Below are positions 60,612 to 64,000 of a DNA stretch of 64,000 nt, piece by piece. The position numbers were made by a program, and so were the translations under genes. The notes below the pieces were generated by a model. It was not told the DNA's origin. It did not search any database and was given only the letters and a program-made list of their open reading frames with translations. The DNA is from Heteronotia binoei. Taxonomy: Eukaryota. Location of the stretch: positions 24,428,001 through 24,492,000 of the forward strand of contig NC_083233.1 in assembly GCF_032191835.1 (NCBI RefSeq), in the 5' to 3' direction. How positions within the stretch are numbered: the first letter of the stretch is position 1; every line of letters begins with the position of its first letter.

Positions 60612-61737
60612 GTGAGTGTTCTCAAAACTGCACTTCTGAAGACAGAACTACACAGGATTAGCAATCATGTGTTTGTTTGTTCTTTTGGGGGAGCGGGGAG
60701 CTCAGTCATATTATCAGTGGTACATAATGTTTTCCTTATTTGCCAGTTCTCTCCTTCAAATGTGTCCCTGCTTAGGCCATTTTCAGTTACCTTTTCCCAT
60801 TCAAACAGGCTGTTAAAACCAGAATCCCCGTAGGGTAGGGGGGTGGGAGGCATTATTTGGAGAAGATGACCTTCTACCCCACTGAAGTCCTGCTCCTCCC
60901 CAAATCCCTCCCTCCCATTTTCAGGCTCTACCTGAAGGGGAGGGATGGTGGCTCAGTAAAAGAGCATCTGCTTGGTAAGCAGAAGGTCCCAGGTTCAATC
61001 CCCAGCATCTCCAAGTAAAAAGGGTCTAGGCAAGTAGGCATGAAATACCTCAGCTTGCGACCCTGGAGAGCTGCTGCCAGTAGACAATACTGACTTTGAT
61101 GGACTGATTCAGTATAAGGCAGCTTCATATGTCCATATGTACCCCAAAATCTCTGGACATTCTTCAACCCAAAGTTTGCAGCCCTGCTCACAGGATAGGC
61201 CAGGTCTCTGAGCCTTGGTAAAGCTGGCCCACTTTTCTTCCCTTCTTGGGCCTTGTTGGGAACATGTTTGTGGAAACACAGATGTAATTCTGCCCTAGTT
61301 GGTAGGTGTAAACATTTGGCTTCATTTAAACGTTTAATTCCAGCCTCTTAGGGTTGCCAATTCCCAGGTGGGTTACAGACAAAGAGACAACATGTTCTTC
61401 AAAAACTTTTTCACGAAGAGCTCTTAAAGAAAATTTACAACCTCATATCATTACTATAGAACAAATTTACTTTAGAAACTAATCCACACTCTCAGCAGAG
61501 CACTTAGAGTTATTGACAAGCAAATAAGAAAAGCGATATTGAAACAAACTAACAAATGATAACTTATATGAAGTAGGAAAGTCCGTCACACAAGAGTCCA
61601 CAGGGACGCGCTACTCAAATGTAGCTATGTTGAAACGCAGACCTCTCCGTGAAAAAACAGGATGAATGTTGAAGGAATTTAAAGAATTTTTTTGTATAAT
61701 CATTTGAAGAATGGATTCAGATATTGAAGAGAAATAC

Positions 61738-61800
61738 TATTGATAACACGATTCCCAGGTAAAATTTCGTGTTTCGATTCAAAACTTCCTCTGATCAATA
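61738..61800 (-). ncRNA. Type I hammerhead ribozyme-like fold (U4 mutated) in probable Penelope-like remnant (~61372-61865)
   Basis: Minus: TATTGAT-CAGAGGA-agttttgaatc-GAAA-CACGA(loop)TCGTG-T-T-ATCAATA; 7-bp stem I, 6-bp stem III. Confidence 0.58.
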
Positions 61801-62373
61801 TACTTCCATGATCTGGAACCAATGCTCAGAAGTAATTTACACGCAGTGAGTCAGTTTCTTACAGCGGCATTAGGGGTTCTCAGAGAATCAGAAAGCGGGG
61901 GGTGGGGAGGGAAATGTCTGCTGAGCACTCCATTATACTCTATGGAGACTGATTCCCGTAGGTTATAATGGAGAATTGATTGTGGGTATCTGGAGCTCTG
62001 GAGAGGCTGTGTTTTGAGGTAGAGGCACCAAATTTTCAGCATCACATCTGGTGCGTCTCCTCAAAACACCCCCCAAGTTTCAAAAAGATTGGGCCGGGGG
62101 TCCAATTCTATGAGTCCCATAAGAAGGTGCCCCTTCCTTCATGGTTCCAAATGGAGAGAAAGCGTGCGGTCCCTTTAAATGTGATGGCCAGAACTCTCTT
62201 TGGAGTTCAATCGTGCTTATCACACCCTTGCTGCTGGCTCCACCCCCAAAGTCCCCATATTTCTTGAGTTGGACTTGGGAACCCTACAGCCTTTTGATTT
62301 GGATGTCTTAGACTCCTCTCCCCAGTCTCTTTCATAGGGATTTCTCCTTGACATGCATCATGTCCTGTTGCAG

Positions 62374-62428
62374 GTGGTATCTGAAAAACATCACCCGAAG
62401 GCAGGCAGAGCAGCTATTGAAGCAGGAG
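62374..62428 (+). CDS. BTK: BTK coding exon 9 (SH2 start)
   Basis: cag|G TGG...GAG|gtgagt; WYLKNITRRQAEQLLKQE. Confidence 0.96.
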
Positions 62429-62810
62429 GTGAGTGTTCATTCGTACCTCTGGCTATTAGCTACAGTGTATTGTTGGAACTCTCTGTCTGGGGCAAGTGAT
62501 GCTCTGAATTCTTGGTGCTTTTTTTGGGGGGGGGGTGCACAGTGGGAGGGCTTCTAGTGTCCTGGCCCCACTGGTGGACCTCCTGATGGCACCTGTTTTT
62601 TTGGCCACTGTGTGACACAGATTGTTGGACTGGATGGGCCATTGGCCTGATACAACATGGCTTCTCTTATGTTCTTACAGATGGAACAGTCTGTCTGGGG
62701 TAGGAACTTCCTTTAAGTACATTTGCTCTGTATTCTTGGTGCTTGGGGTGGGGGGGGCAATAGTGTGAGGGCTTCTAGTGTCCTGGCCCCATTGGTGGAC
62801 CTCCTGATAG

Positions 62811-62933
<123 letters not shown>

Positions 62934-63716
62934 TAAGTGTGGCCTGTTGAGGGGGAAATGAGACCCCCGCAGCACACTAGTCCTCAGTAAATGCCAACCT
63001 GCAGAGCAGCTCAGGTGTCCTAAGCTGAGTTAGTGTGAGCTAGCTCACCGTTTTTAGTCTCCAGCTCACAGATTTTTGTCTTAGCTTAGGAAAAATGGCC
63101 CCAGAGCAAACTAATTCACACAGTAGCTTGCAGTCTTGGGAGCAAAAATTCTACTTTGTGAACTACACACTAGACCTTTAATCCTGGTTCAGCCCTGTCC
63201 CCAAACTGACATTCTACACTTGAATCATGGAATCACAGAAACCAACTCTATGAGTTTATGGTTCTATGATTCTAGTGTAGACAATCAGTTTGAGGACAGG
63301 GCTGGACCAGGATTAAAGGTCTAGTGAGGAAGCTGAGAGTCTCAGAGTGGTTTACAATCTCCTTTATCTTCTTCCCCAACAACAGACACCCTGTGAGGTG
63401 GGTGGGGCTGAGAGAGCTCTCCCAGAAGCTGCCCTTTCAAGGACAACTCCTGTGAGAACTATGGTCAACCCAAGGCCATTCCAGCAGCTGCAAGTGGAAG
63501 AGTATGGAACCAAACCCGGTTCTCCCAGATAAGAGTCTGCACACTTAACCACTACCCCAAACTTGCTCTTGAGACATCCCCTGTTTTCTCAGATATGTCA
63601 CCTACCCAAGATAGTTGGTCTGCTGCAATCTCCTCCCACTGTCCCTGCATGTGGCGTGCCAGATCTTTATGCAGAAGGCCTGCCATCATCCCTCAGGGCA
63701 CTCTCGCCTTCCCTAG

Positions 63717-63893
<177 letters not shown>

Positions 63894-64000
63894 TAGGTTT
63901 CGGGGCAACGGTGATTGCTGAATGCTGCAATGGAAAGAGGGAGGGGGAAGTAAGCAGCTCTGTGTTATTTATAGCACAAGCTGCGACAGGAATTCTTTCA

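Overview
This is vertebrate genomic DNA from a squamate, most likely a gecko, judging by Sauria SINEs and the SINE/MITE repertoire. It is not prokaryotic, so most ORFs in the supplied track are spurious; the real genes are spliced. I reconstructed five genes exon by exon with GT-AG boundaries and consistent phases: the 3' five coding exons of ENOX2 (+, 294-7653), complete PIN4/parvulin-14 (+, 4 exons, 130 aa), complete GLA/alpha-galactosidase A (+, 7 exons, 434 aa), complete RPL36A (-, 5 exons, 106 aa) and the first 11 coding exons of BTK (+, PH-TH-SH3-SH2, running off the window). Between ENOX2 and PIN4 lies a decayed but architecturally complete DIRS1 tyrosine-recombinase retrotransposon (8769-13697) with inverted terminal repeats and an internal complementary region. 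A 605-bp solo LTR with a 5-bp TSD interrupts its gag. The most notable hidden signal is a series of hammerhead-ribozyme-like folds in Penelope-like retroelement remnants. Two copies have monomeric type I folds with covarying stems (19261-19315 and 61738-61800, minus strand), and several are minimal dimer-type motifs. Every copy has at least one core lesion. Also present are a BTK promoter-like PU.1/Sp1 module, a CLEAR-like E-box at GLA, many foldback MITEs, 5S-derived SINEs, CR1/L2 fragments and one 154-N assembly gap. All orthologue comparisons are from recall, not from a database search.
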